The notes under the pieces: generated by a model | Database searches by the model: none | What the model was told of the DNA's origin: nothing | Seen by the model: the letters and a program-made list of their open reading frames with translations, nothing else | Source: Sulfolobales archaeon HS-7 | Lineage (GTDB): Archaea; Thermoproteota; Thermoprotei_A; Sulfolobales; Sulfolobaceae | Direction: 5' to 3' | Length of the DNA: 64,000 nucleotides | NCBI GenBank assembly: GCA_019704295.1 | Contig: AP024596.1 | Location: 480,001-544,000, forward strand | Position numbers and translations under genes: made by a program | Part shown: in pieces, positions 11,565-22,052 of the stretch | How positions within the stretch are numbered: position 1 is the stretch's first letter | How the letters are laid out: the number at the start of each line of letters is the position of its first letter

Positions 11565-11990
11565 GAGAATTGATTTTTTGTGATAACTATGAGGCAAGCT
11601 ACTCTTCAGACAGTCCTTGACGGTGGCTTATAGGGGGTTAAGACCTCACGCTTAGTCTCCTAATTCAAATACTTACACCAGGAGAGGTAAAGATCTACAA
11701 CGAATTCAATGTATAAGGATAGAGAAGCCACAGGGTAACTTTCAGGCTAGTAGTCCGTAGGAGATATGATAGCGCGCGTTACATTACTAGGACAATTAAC
11801 CTCTTACTGACCGCCAGGAAAGATTATGACAAGACAGTAACTCAGATTGAAACATCTTATCAGGAACATAAAGTCCTTCCTAATACAACTTCCATTAAGC
11901 GTGCCTTCTGATTCTCAACCTTATTGTTAGCCGCGTTACGTTATTTACGTGTTGCAGAACTAGGGACAATTTTAGACACCCCTGAAGCTC
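11565..11990 (+). pseudogene. Decayed ISH3-family (IS4-like DDE) transposase fragment
   Basis: Manual translation with stops and frameshifts: VLDGGL*…FKY…GEVKIYNEF…VTFRLVV…YITRTINL…IETSY/RNIKSFL/TTSIKRAF. Colinear with recalled Sulfolobales ISH3 motifs LDAGFY, GDVKIYEEF, VKFRLLV, FARATNL, IETSYRNIKAFL. Confidence 0.7.
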
Positions 11991-12131
11991 GTGCAGAAAC
12001 TTAGGAGTAATGTAAACGGTTAGGATTTTTATAGAGATTACCTATACTCATGTGGTTTCAAAGTAGTCAGATTTTGAATCTATAGTAACGGAAAAGCTCT
12101 TCTCCTAACTCCCCCACTAAGATAAAGGAGA

Positions 12132-12920
12132 TTATTCATTGTCAGTGTCTATAATTTCTTTCATAACTATGTCAAAGATAGTATCTTCATTAATTCTATA
12201 AAGTGTTATTCTACAAACTTGCCCTAGTTCTTTTGGATCAATGTCCTTTTTATCGAATGCGATAGACTCCCCCTCTTTGAAGATGCTTAATTTTATTTCG
12301 CCTTTTCGTAACCCCGCAACGAACATTACGTTCCTGTCCGTTGATCTAGCTACTATTATACATGTATTTTTAGAGGCTTTGTTGCTGGCTAATAGGTTAT
12401 TTATTAAAGTACATTCCTGAACTATATCCCTATCAACGAAATTCGTTTTTACATCTGCTCTCATGATATTATATACCAATGAAGCCAATTCGAGCAGATT
12501 GGGTTTAATGTGCTTTATTATATGTTCTGCAGTAAGGTCAACCTTTCCAAAGAAGCTTCTCTCTAACATTAACGAAACCCTTATATCGACCAAGCATCCT
12601 ACACTGCTATCCATTACATTATAGGTTATCTCCCCTGTTGTTTTACCACTCTTCGTCCTAAATGAGTAGGTTATTGTCCGTTCTCCGCTCTTACTCTTAG
12701 TCATGTGTCCATAGACGGGCGGATCTACTTCGTTATCAGGAATTAGCAGGATCGAATACATACCGTTTTCCTCTTTAATCACGTTTATATGCCCTGAAGT
12801 CCCTATTGCTAGATATGGATTATTCAACGCTAGTATTACAAAGTTTGAAGGTATGTTGACTTCTATTCTATCCCTAACTACACTCGACATAACTCCATCC
12901 GCAAACTCAGTCCGTGCCAC
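12132..12920 (-). CDS. Hypothetical protein, possible N-terminal SRPBCC/START-like domain
   Basis: 262-aa ORF; helix-grip-like N-terminal pattern (RIEVNIPSNFVILALNNP…); fold call is weak. Confidence 0.65.
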   Translation of the reverse strand: MARTEFADGVMSSVVRDRIEVNIPSNFVILALNNPYLAIGTSGHINVIKEENGMYSILLIPDNEVDPPVYGHMTKSKSGERTITYSFRTKSGKTTGEITYNVMDSSVGCLVDIRVSLMLERSFFGKVDLTAEHIIKHIKPNLLELASLVYNIMRADVKTNFVDRDIVQECTLINNLLASNKASKNTCIIVARSTDRNVMFVAGLRKGEIKLSIFKEGESIAFDKKDIDPKELGQVCRITLYRINEDTIFDIVMKEIIDTDNE

Positions 12921-13484
12921 TTATTGTGATTAACACCTTGTAAATTTTTAACGTAATTTGAAAATTGTTCCCAAATGTGCACTTTCATGTAAAACAACGA
13001 AATAATCGCACGTTTACGTTCTCTTCTCGGCATGCTCATCGTTATAATGTTTTCATTAAAAAAATTTGCATCAGCGTTTGCGGGCCAATTAAAGTAGTGA
13101 TATTATTTTACCTTTCGCTTGACAGTATAGAATCTACAATAAATGTTATTTACTTTAAAAACTAAATTGTAGGGGATGGAAATAACCCATATTACAATGA
13201 GAGATTAGGCTGATAATATAAGGATTACGAAGAGATTAAACGCCTTTGCTAACATCTAAGCTTAAAATATCTTGTCAAAACCTTAAGTAAACGTTAAAGT
13301 CGATACGCTGAAAACCTAGTTATTAGGCTTGATTCTTAAAAGATGTGGAATTTAGGTTAATGTACTGTTAATAACCTAATTCAGCGTTATTCTCTCGAAA
13401 TTAAGCGACTTTAATCCTGGACAGACATGTTTTATAACTTTTTAGTTTACCTAGCTTTTCACGTTAATTACGCAGTATAGAGTA

Positions 13485-14981
13485 TTACGTATATTCCCAG
13501 ACTCCCCTTCCTTTGTAATTATAGACTATAGATTTGTAAGCAGTAACTAGCTCTACTGTATAGCCTATCCCTTCCCTTCCCGTACCAGAATCTCTTCTGC
13601 CTCCAAAGGGGAAATATCCTATTCCATGCCTCGGGAAATCGTTTATATATATAGCCCCTACTTCGAGGAGTCTTATTAGTCTCCTTATCTTGTTTATATC
13701 CTTTCCAAAAATAGCTGCGTCTAATCCATATCTCCTCTTATTTGACAATTCGATCGCCTTATCTAAATTAGCTACTTTTACTATTACCGCTATTGAAGCA
13801 AATACCTCCTTTTGGTATAAGTAGAGCTGCTCTAGATTGTCTGCCTCAATCAGAGTAGGCTGGATATAGTTTCTATCTCTTGTTCCTCCGTATAATACCC
13901 GTGCCCCCTTCGCCTTGGCATCATTAATTGCATTCTCAAACTCGATTGCTGTCTTCTCATCAATGAGGGGTCCCATTGTAACTCCTGGTACTCGCGGATC
14001 CCCTACCTTATTCTTAGCCAAATTGTTCACAATCTGGTTCTTCAATTCCTCATATATGCCAGGTTCCGAGAATATGAACTTTATTGAATCGCATCTTTGC
14101 CCCGAATAACTAGTTATACCAGTTGCTATCCTTTCTCCAGCCCATTCAACATCAGCATCGTCAAGGACTATAACTGGATCACCGCCCCCTAATTCCATTA
14201 TAAATTGTTTGATACCAGCGTTTTTCATGACCTCTAAGCCGGTTTCCGTACTTCCCGTTAGCGAAATCACGCTAATTCTATTATCTGCAACTAACGAGTT
14301 GGCTTCCTTCCCAGGGAGAGTTACTATGGAGAGTGACTCCTTCGGAAACCCAGCCTCCTCCAAAACCTGAGCAAACATCAAAACAGGAAGGGGGGTTGAT
14401 GATGGGGGTTTTACCACAACCGCGTTCCCTGCTATTGATGAATAGGCTATCTTATTTACAGTATCCATTAATGGGTAATTAAAGGGTATTATGCCCAATA
14501 CTATTCCGTAAGGTTCTCTTCTAACTACCGCCTCTGTTTCAAGCGACTCCCTAGACCAATCCCCAGGCACGTACTCTCCGTAGATCTTTCTAACATCCAA
14601 CTGCGTTTTCCTGAGCCTTTCTATTGATGCCATTACCTCACCATTGGCCGCTGCGGGGATCTTTCCATTATTTTTTACTAGAACTTCTACAAAGTCGTCT
14701 TTTCTCTCTTCGAGGATATCCGCAGCCTTCGAGAAAATTTCTATTCTCTCCTCTCCAGGAATATCGCGTATCCTTCTCCTGCCCTTCTCATACATCAATT
14801 GTAGGTAGGTAGAGAATTCTGCAAAAGATATTCTAGGTATCCTCGCTAATGGAGTGAGATCTATAGGACTTTTCACTTCTATACTTTCCTTACCTGGATA
14901 CCACGTCCCTCCTAGATATACCCTAAATAGAGGTATTTCGCCTTCGTCGACCTTCCATTTATAACTGAGATTTAACTGCAT
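13485..14981 (-). CDS. gapN: Non-phosphorylating NADP-dependent glyceraldehyde-3-phosphate dehydrogenase
   Basis: ALDH motifs [31 protein letters not shown]; GEYVPGDWS is typical of archaeal GAPN; GGTGA SD upstream. Confidence 0.9.
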   Translation of the reverse strand: MQLNLSYKWKVDEGEIPLFRVYLGGTWYPGKESIEVKSPIDLTPLARIPRISFAEFSTYLQLMYEKGRRRIRDIPGEERIEIFSKAADILEERKDDFVEVLVKNNGKIPAAANGEVMASIERLRKTQLDVRKIYGEYVPGDWSRESLETEAVVRREPYGIVLGIIPFNYPLMDTVNKIAYSSIAGNAVVVKPPSSTPLPVLMFAQVLEEAGFPKESLSIVTLPGKEANSLVADNRISVISLTGSTETGLEVMKNAGIKQFIMELGGGDPVIVLDDADVEWAGERIATGITSYSGQRCDSIKFIFSEPGIYEELKNQIVNNLAKNKVGDPRVPGVTMGPLIDEKTAIEFENAINDAKAKGARVLYGGTRDRNYIQPTLIEADNLEQLYLYQKEVFASIAVIVKVANLDKAIELSNKRRYGLDAAIFGKDINKIRRLIRLLEVGAIYINDFPRHGIGYFPFGGRRDSGTGREGIGYTVELVTAYKSIVYNYKGRGVWEYT

Positions 14982-15016
14982 TGAACTTTATCACCTTCGA
15001 TAACGTAATAAACTTA

Positions 15017-15523
15017 ATGGAAAGAGTTCTAATTACAGGGAGACCTGGCGTAGGTAAAACTACTATAATACTTAAGGTAATTGAACTTTTGAATAAAGAA
15101 AGGATTAGAGTTGGAGGATTTGTGTGCCCCGAAATAAGGAGTTTCAGGAGGAGGGAGGGATTTAAGATAATTGATGTTATGACAAATGAACAGGAGTGGC
15201 TAGCAAGAGTTGGAAACGGTAAGAACTCTTATGGCCGATATATCATCAATGAAAAAGCAGGTGAAGTTGGATTTAATGCTGTAAGAAGAGCAATAGACGA
15301 CTCAGCCGTAATAATCATTGATGAGATAGGTCCAATGGAGCTTACTATACCGTTCCTAAGGCGAGCTATAGACATTGCCTTTCAGTCTGACAGAAGTGTT
15401 GTAGGGGTTATTCATAGAAATGTCAATATTCCGTATAAATTCGTGAAGATACCTGTTGACGAGAGAAATAGAGATACACTCCCTAGAAGAATAGTAGAAA
15501 TTATAACTGCGTTAAGACAGTAA
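15017..15523 (+). CDS. NTPase (THEP1 / NTPase_1 family)
   Basis: ITGRPGVGKTT, IIIDEIGPME. Start moved from 14981 (TTG overlapping the gapN start) to the ATG at 15017. Confidence 0.9.
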   Translation: MERVLITGRPGVGKTTIILKVIELLNKERIRVGGFVCPEIRSFRRREGFKIIDVMTNEQEWLARVGNGKNSYGRYIINEKAGEVGFNAVRRAIDDSAVIIIDEIGPMELTIPFLRRAIDIAFQSDRSVVGVIHRNVNIPYKFVKIPVDERNRDTLPRRIVEIITALRQ

Positions 15524-16199
15524 TATGTGTTATACTGTACTCAAAAACATTGCTATGTCCAATTCGTAAAAAGCGTAAAAAGTTATATAAAATAAAAAGT
15601 TATACGTCTATATATTACTAAATTCGTTTAATTATAAGAACGATAAATAATATAAAATCAATTTATTAAGTATAGTAATATGTGATTACGCAATTCTCAA
15701 GAACCACGCTGGAAAAAGACCTTTCCTAACGAGATAAGTTTTGGCATGCTAACGGTCTTAAACCGTTATTTGTTATAGGTTTAAGAGGTTAGTAAACGTG
15801 TTTGACCTTTGGAAGTTCACCTGATTATCGTCTTAATGAGTCCTGCAAGTAGAGCTATTACTATATCCCTAAATTTAGTTCTTTAAGCTAAGATTTGTTA
15901 AAAATTAGACGTTATCTCGTGAAAATGGATTCAGCCTTCAAAGACAGCATTAACAGCGATTTCCCTAAGTTTCATAAAGTTCTTTACTATATATCCACAT
16001 ATGTAATTTAAGAAATACCGATTACGACTAAGGGATTATGTGTAATTAGGAGAAATCGCCATGAAATTAAATATTGACGATACTTTCTTAAATTTCCGAG
16101 TTTTACTATTGCGAAAAGTAACTAAGAGCTTTCGATTCCGATAAGGTGTAATAGTATCTGTTAGTTGTAAAAAACGAAAATACCGCATTGCTTTGATTT

Positions 16200-16329
16200 C
16201 ACTCATAAATCATTTAATATATACTATATATATATATTATTCACACTCATAAATCATTTAATATATACTATATATATATATTATTCACACTCATAAATCA
16301 TTTAATATATACTATATATATATTATTCA
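16200..16329. repeat. Tandem triplication of a 44/44/42-bp unit containing the 3' end of the glycerate kinase gene
   Basis: CACTCATAAATCATTTAATATATAC(TA)nTTATTCA at 16200, 16244 and 16288, with n=6,6,5. Confidence 0.95.
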
Positions 16330-17515
16330 CATTAGTTCCCGTACTTCCAGTTTTAATACACCTATTGTTAACCTCAAAATATGCATAGGTGTTACTACTC
16401 TCTAGGTAATCCTTAACATCGACTTCATCTACCCACATATCGCCTAGGGATACTCCTGCATAATCACTATTCCCATCAATTCCATCTGTCGCAAAAGCTA
16501 TTAGGCCGTAATTAACTCCTTTCCTGACTGTTGTAATGAAACCAATCCCTAATTCACTGTTCCTTCCCCCTACTCCTTTTCCCCTTACTGTTACATCGGG
16601 TTCTCCACCCAATAAAAGGGTTGCTGGAGATTTATGAGGCACCTTGTAATCGTGAATCGAATTAACAATTGATGCAATGAATTTACCTGCCTCTACTGCC
16701 TCGCCCTGTAACTCTGAACCTAAAATAAACGAATTACTTAATTCATTCGCTAATCTAGATAATACTTTGAAGTTATTTAATATGATGTAGTTTCTAACGT
16801 TCTTTAATTCCTTAGGTGTTTCCCCAAGCTCAGCTTGAACCTTTAATAGGAAGTTCTTAAGTTGGTTATCTCCTATTCTCTCTGCTATCCGTATAGCATC
16901 ATGATAAGATGTTGGATCTGGGGCTGTAATACCTCCGCCAATAGTACTCACATCGTCACCAGGAACGTCGCTAACAATCAGGGACACTACCTGTTTCTTT
17001 GTAGATGAAAACATCCTCCCACCTTTAACAAGGGAAAGATGCTTCCTAACTGTATTTATTTTCCATATATCGAGACCTGATCTTATAAGACGATAGTTAA
17101 TCCTTATGTAGTCCTCCAAGGGAATTGCCGGATTCTCTACCATTGCTGACGCTCCTCCGCTAATTAGAAACAGCAGTAGGTCGTAATCATCAGAATTAAT
17201 GAGTTCTGATATTCTCAATGCAGCCCTAACGCTATTCTCACTTACATTAGGATGAGTTGAGAGAATGTTTTCTACACCAGGAGTTTTCTCGCCTAAACTT
17301 ACAGAAACTACCTTAGCGTTTTCAAATTTTTCAATCGCCCACTTGGCCATTTTATGAGACGCCTTGCCTAAAGAGACTATTAAGGGGTGCTTCGTTAGAT
17401 AAAAATCATTTCCAATACTTAAACCATCTCTCCTTACCCTTACGGACTCTTCAAGCGCTGCATAAGGATCGGAATAACGTAATATTTTACTCAATATTTC
17501 GTTTTCTTCTACCAT
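16298..17515 (-). CDS. Glycerate 2-kinase (MOFRL family)
   Basis: GKAS, ISGGASA, INTVRKHLSLVKGG, SDVPGDD, GGRNSE, TDGIDG, TGTNVN. Confidence 0.9.
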   Translation of the reverse strand: MVEENEILSKILRYSDPYAALEESVRVRRDGLSIGNDFYLTKHPLIVSLGKASHKMAKWAIEKFENAKVVSVSLGEKTPGVENILSTHPNVSENSVRAALRISELINSDDYDLLLFLISGGASAMVENPAIPLEDYIRINYRLIRSGLDIWKINTVRKHLSLVKGGRMFSSTKKQVVSLIVSDVPGDDVSTIGGGITAPDPTSYHDAIRIAERIGDNQLKNFLLKVQAELGETPKELKNVRNYIILNNFKVLSRLANELSNSFILGSELQGEAVEAGKFIASIVNSIHDYKVPHKSPATLLLGGEPDVTVRGKGVGGRNSELGIGFITTVRKGVNYGLIAFATDGIDGNSDYAGVSLGDMWVDEVDVKDYLESSNTYAYFEVNNRCIKTGSTGTNVNNIYIVYIK

Positions 17516-17527
17516 TGTACAACATTC

Positions 17528-18739
17528 TTACATAAGTGGATTAAATGGACTATCCAGTGCACCTATAATCTGCCTCAAGTTTTCCCCTGAAAACAGTTTA
17601 CCCTTTCTTATAACGTAAACCATATTACTTGGATGTAATCCAAGAGCGTCATTAAAACTTCTAAATATAGCTACATCAGCGGGATAACCGTTTTCTATTC
17701 TACCTCCTTTTATCCCTAAGCATTCAGCGGCAACAGAAGTCGCGCTAGCTAGGGCCTTTTCTAATGGCATATATCTTGCGAGGAGTACTATTTCCTTGTA
17801 GTTCATCCCGTTTGGTCTAGTTGGGGAGCCCACGAAATCCGTACCAGCCGCTATCTTCAGTCTTTCATCAACAGCGATCCTCATATCCTCGGAAAAGTGT
17901 CTTTTTACAAGGTCCTCTCTCCTTTTCCTTACCTCTCTGTCTACAATCCTCGATATTTCAAGAGGGACGTCGTAAGTAGCTAGGGTCGGTACATAGCATA
18001 TTCCTTTTCTTCTGATCTCTTTTGCCAAAGACTCGGTGATCCCTAGACCGTGTTCAATTGTATCAACAGAAGCCTCAACTACGTTAGATATAGCCTCCTC
18101 TCCGTAAGCATGAGCTGCAACTTTCAGCCCCGCTCTATGAGCTTCATGAACTATTGCTTTGAAATCATCAACAGTTAAAGCAGGTTTGGGATTTCCCGAC
18201 TGAGAAAAACCCCCGGACGCGTAAACCTTAATTACCTCAGCACCTTGTCTTATTGCGAGTCTTACGGCTTTCCTGCATTCATTAGGAGAATCACAATAGA
18301 AGGAATAAGACAACCTTTGTGCTATATCTAATGGCAGAACTCGTGGGTCGTCGTTTCCTCCCGTTTCTGCCAGTGAGTAGCCAGAGGCTATTACTCTAGG
18401 ACCTATAATCGATCCTTCCCTTTCCGCCAGGCTAAGGTGAATAGCGGCTTTGCTTCCAAGATCTCTAACAGTAGTGAAGCCTGCGGCTAAAAGTTTCAGC
18501 ATATCAAGAGTGCTCCTTGCAGTACTTAGACCTTCTGGAGTTAGATTCCATTCCAGCAGATTGTCATTTAAAACCCCGAAAAAATGCATATGACTGTCAA
18601 TGAGACCTGGAAGTGCCACGTAATTTCCCTTAAGCTCTTCCTTTTCCCCGTCACCAGTAGATATTATATCTCCAACTACTGAAAATTCCATTTCTTCGAC
18701 AAACTTCTCCCCATTAAATACTTTCCCTACGTATTTCAT
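17528..18739 (-). CDS. Metal-dependent amidohydrolase (prolidase-like subgroup)
   Basis: PGLIDSHMH, GFTTVRDLG, IKVYASGG, AAHAYG, IEHG, GTD. Confidence 0.9.
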   Translation of the reverse strand: MKYVGKVFNGEKFVEEMEFSVVGDIISTGDGEKEELKGNYVALPGLIDSHMHFFGVLNDNLLEWNLTPEGLSTARSTLDMLKLLAAGFTTVRDLGSKAAIHLSLAEREGSIIGPRVIASGYSLAETGGNDDPRVLPLDIAQRLSYSFYCDSPNECRKAVRLAIRQGAEVIKVYASGGFSQSGNPKPALTVDDFKAIVHEAHRAGLKVAAHAYGEEAISNVVEASVDTIEHGLGITESLAKEIRRKGICYVPTLATYDVPLEISRIVDREVRKRREDLVKRHFSEDMRIAVDERLKIAAGTDFVGSPTRPNGMNYKEIVLLARYMPLEKALASATSVAAECLGIKGGRIENGYPADVAIFRSFNDALGLHPSNMVYVIRKGKLFSGENLRQIIGALDSPFNPLM

Positions 18740-18772
18740 CCAATATACTTCGTAACGGATAAGAATATAAGT

Positions 18773-18830
18773 TATATACTAGATTAATACACACTAACAT
18801 CTATATACTAGATTATTACACACTAACATC
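18773..18830. repeat. 29-bp direct tandem duplication in a divergent promoter region
   Basis: TATATACTAGATTA(A/T)TACACACTAACATC twice, one mismatch. Confidence 0.9.
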
Positions 18831-19006
18831 CAAGTTAGCGAACGGGAAATACGTGATACTTTATACATGTTTTATATCTAATTTTTAAAATATTAATTTT
18901 GTATTTAGAGAAAAATTAGTATTTACTAATTATAAATAATTCATTAGAAGAGTTTTACCCAAGTTCGCACAGGATATTTTTATTTCACGTTATATGTTGT
19001 ATTCTT

Positions 19007-19336
19007 ATGGAGTTTAAATTTAAAATATGGATTGAAGAGAATGGTAACTTTGTGCTAGGGAAGGGAGGGTATCAAATATTAAAGGAGATACAGAAAACAG
19101 GATATATTACGGAAGCAGCAAAAAATTTAGGGATGTCGTATAAATTCGCTTGGGAGTACGTTAAGAGAGTCAATAGGATAGAACAGCTCAAGACTAAGAA
19201 AGGAGTCAAAGGAGGCACCGAAATCCCTGAAAAGATCAATAAAATTTTACAGTTATACGAAATGGCAGAGAAGGAAGTAAATGACGTCCTAAAAAAGTAC
19301 GATAAAATGTTATCCGAGATTATCGAAGGCCCTTAA
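19007..19336 (+). CDS. ModE N-terminal-type winged-helix regulator (no Mop domain)
   Basis: FKIWIE…VLGKGGYQILKEIQKTGYITEAAKNLGMSYKFAW…KGGT. Confidence 0.85.
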   Translation: MEFKFKIWIEENGNFVLGKGGYQILKEIQKTGYITEAAKNLGMSYKFAWEYVKRVNRIEQLKTKKGVKGGTEIPEKINKILQLYEMAEKEVNDVLKKYDKMLSEIIEGP

Positions 19337-19999
19337 AGCACCGTCTACCATATCCCTTAATACTGCCTCCGGATCTTTCGAGAGCATAAAAGCAGAGGCC
19401 AAGCCAACTCCATCAGCCCCTAATTTTATTGCCTCATAGACATCTGCTCCGCTAGTTATTCCAGCCCCTGCTATTAGAATTACATCTGGAGTTTTCTTAA
19501 CCTCATCTACAGCTCTTGTGATTAATTCAGGTCTTTCCTTAGATATGGCTTTTCCTTTTCCTATAAGCTCGGGCGGCTCAATTAATATAGCTGAAGGACT
19601 TAGAATTGCAATAGGGTGAACTAGTTCGTAATGCTGTAGGCATACTACAGATTCTAATCCGTTCTCCTTAAGCCTCTTTATCGTTCCTACTACGGCGTCT
19701 ATTGTTATTCTATGTTCGGAATGATTAATTAGAGCGCCTTTAGCCCCGGCGTCTTTTATCATCTCAGGCAGGATATATCCGGTATAAGCTCCTAATTGGA
19801 AGTGTTCTACATGTTGGGCAAAAATTGGATTTTCCACTGACTGGGAAATCCTGAATATTTCAGTAAAGGGAACAGCTAATATTACCTCTATGGATCTTTC
19901 TCTGCTAACCTTCTCAGCAATCTTCGCCAATTTTAACGCATCTTTACCATATGATAACGGATAAGCCTTAAAGTTAAGAATGATAGATGGCCTTTTCAC
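19310..19999 (-). CDS. tpiA: Triosephosphate isomerase (archaeal type)
   Basis: NFKAY, AQH, NHSEHR, IEPPELIG, GAGI. Confidence 0.95.
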   Translation of the reverse strand: MKRPSIILNFKAYPLSYGKDALKLAKIAEKVSRERSIEVILAVPFTEIFRISQSVENPIFAQHVEHFQLGAYTGYILPEMIKDAGAKGALINHSEHRITIDAVVGTIKRLKENGLESVVCLQHYELVHPIAILSPSAILIEPPELIGKGKAISKERPELITRAVDEVKKTPDVILIAGAGITSGADVYEAIKLGADGVGLASAFMLSKDPEAVLRDMVDGALRAFDNLG

Positions 20000-20029
20000 A
20001 AAGTGAAAATGATAAAAAAGTATATAACG

Positions 20030-21571
20030 TTACATTAATTTTTGGAGCTCCTCTTCCTTTACCTCGCTCTGTGTCTTATAACCTAGCGCAATTGCCATTA
20101 GTGTACCAACTATTGCAACGACAACGTTAATCGCAAGAGATGTTAAACCTATATACACAGGTCCTATTCCTGGAATAGCATATGTTGAAGACTTAAGAAG
20201 TCCAAAATGATTTGCAACTAATGTTAAGTACACTCCGCTAAACATTCCAGCAACCCAACCCGCAATTAATCCGTATTTGTTAAACCATTTTGTGTAAAGT
20301 CCTAAAAATACTGCAGGTGTAGTCTGGAGTATGATTATACCCCCCAATAGCTGGAGTTCTATTGAAAACTCTGCTGAAATTGCAAACACGAATGCAAGGG
20401 CAATAAACTTTATCACTGCAGACAGCCACTTACTTAAAGTAGCCTCGCCTTTAGGTGACATATCCCTCTTGAACTCCTTTACTACGTTTCTTGTTAGGAG
20501 GTTTGCAGACGCTATCGCCATTATGGCGGCTGGAACTAATCCTCCTATGAAAATACCTAATAATGCAAAGCCAGCAACTGGAGCGGGAAGTTCTTGAACT
20601 ACTAGTGTTGGAACGACAAGCAAGGCCCCTGAACTCCCAAAGAGTTTGATCACGTTGAGGGCGCTTGGAAAAGCGTAGATCAGTATACCCAATAGGGTAA
20701 TGAACGCTAATCCAACGCCATAAAGCGGTAAAAGAGATGTTGCCCATCTAAGATTTTGTCTGCTATCTGCACTAAGTGAGCCGTTTACTGCGTGTGGGTA
20801 CAAATAGAGGGCTATCGCACTACCAATGGCTAAACTTAAAAACGCCGAAGACGCGACTGGTGGGAGAGTTAGTGCCTTAGGATCTGACGCGAGTGCCTGA
20901 GAAAACGCATGGGGATTTGTTAGAAACACTACTGCTAATAAAATAATTAACGAGGAGTATATTACAGCGTCCTTAAATATAGCGGTTAAAGTTGCTCCTC
21001 TTAAACCACTAGTAAAGGTAAAAGCTGCAAGTATTATAAAGGCTATTATAAGTGATATCTCTGAGACTAAATGTATACTACTAAAGTAGCCATAAAGCAT
21101 TACGTCTAGAGCTGCTTCCATGCCCACAATTTGGAGTGCTATGTAGGGGAGCTCTGCAACTACTCCAGTTAAAGCTATCAATATAGCTAATGTTCCGCTG
21201 TTAAATCGATCTCTAACGAAATCGGCTGCGGTAACATAGCCCTTATTTCTCGAAACCGTCCATAGTCTCGACATTGTGAGTAGAGCTATTGGAAACGTAA
21301 TTGCAACATAAGGAATTGCGAAAAAGGCAAGACCTCCAGAAGTATAGGCAAGTTCTGGAACGGCTATAAATGTGTAAGCGGTATAAAGATCTGCTCCAAT
21401 CAAGAACCAGGCCAGTAATATACCCAACCGCCTTCCTGCTAGCGCCCACTCATGAAGTGTAGATAAGTCCGCCCTCCTCCACCTAGAACCATAAAATCCT
21501 AAGAAAACGAAGACCCCAAATAATACCAAAAATACAATCCATCCATATATGCCTAACAGCACTTCCGTCAC
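20030..21571 (-). CDS. Sodium:solute symporter family transporter
   Basis: [29 protein letters not shown]; about 13 TM segments. Confidence 0.9.
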   Translation of the reverse strand: MTEVLLGIYGWIVFLVLFGVFVFLGFYGSRWRRADLSTLHEWALAGRRLGILLAWFLIGADLYTAYTFIAVPELAYTSGGLAFFAIPYVAITFPIALLTMSRLWTVSRNKGYVTAADFVRDRFNSGTLAILIALTGVVAELPYIALQIVGMEAALDVMLYGYFSSIHLVSEISLIIAFIILAAFTFTSGLRGATLTAIFKDAVIYSSLIILLAVVFLTNPHAFSQALASDPKALTLPPVASSAFLSLAIGSAIALYLYPHAVNGSLSADSRQNLRWATSLLPLYGVGLAFITLLGILIYAFPSALNVIKLFGSSGALLVVPTLVVQELPAPVAGFALLGIFIGGLVPAAIMAIASANLLTRNVVKEFKRDMSPKGEATLSKWLSAVIKFIALAFVFAISAEFSIELQLLGGIIILQTTPAVFLGLYTKWFNKYGLIAGWVAGMFSGVYLTLVANHFGLLKSSTYAIPGIGPVYIGLTSLAINVVVAIVGTLMAIALGYKTQSEVKEEELQKLM

Positions 21572-21577
21572 TGCAGA

Positions 21578-21766
21578 CTACCCCCTTAATAATAACGCGC
21601 CAAGAACCATAGTAACCGTTGTTACTAAAAGACCAACGATTTGATACCAATAGAAGAATGATAGACCCCCTAACTCTGGGTTAACCCTATTATATAGAGG
21701 AAGCGGTAGATAATAAACTAAGGGAATTACAAAAAGTATTCCTGCAATAATATATCTTAGTTTCAT
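21578..21766 (-). CDS. Small 2-TM membrane protein (DUF3311-like), partner of the symporter
   Basis: PLYNRVNPELGGLSFFYWYQ; lies directly upstream of the SSS gene. Confidence 0.85.
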   Translation of the reverse strand: MKLRYIIAGILFVIPLVYYLPLPLYNRVNPELGGLSFFYWYQIVGLLVTTVTMVLGALLLRG

Positions 21767-22052
21767 TAGTTTATAGGATATCGGAAGTTATATATAAATC
21801 TAAACGGTTATTAACTATTATTACTAATTTCTACAATGAAATTATAAGATTAGTAATAAATATTATTAGATTTATATTAGTCCAAAATTTCGTCTTAATA
21901 ATCTTTTCAAGTAAAGATAAATTTAGTAGATTTTAAAGAAAGAGATTGGCCTACACGAAAATTTCTAGACAGGTTAGGATAGCAGCACTTTTTTCTCAAC
22001 TAAGCATATTAAAGTCCTATAGCATTCTTATAATGCGCATCAGATTTTTATA

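Noticed and set aside
13177-13300. Possible decayed ribbon-helix-helix gene (KDYEEIKRLC…)
   Set aside because: Too short and interrupted to assign
16200-16329. CRISPR array
   Set aside because: Units abut with no unique spacers, derive from a gene end, and no cas genes are present
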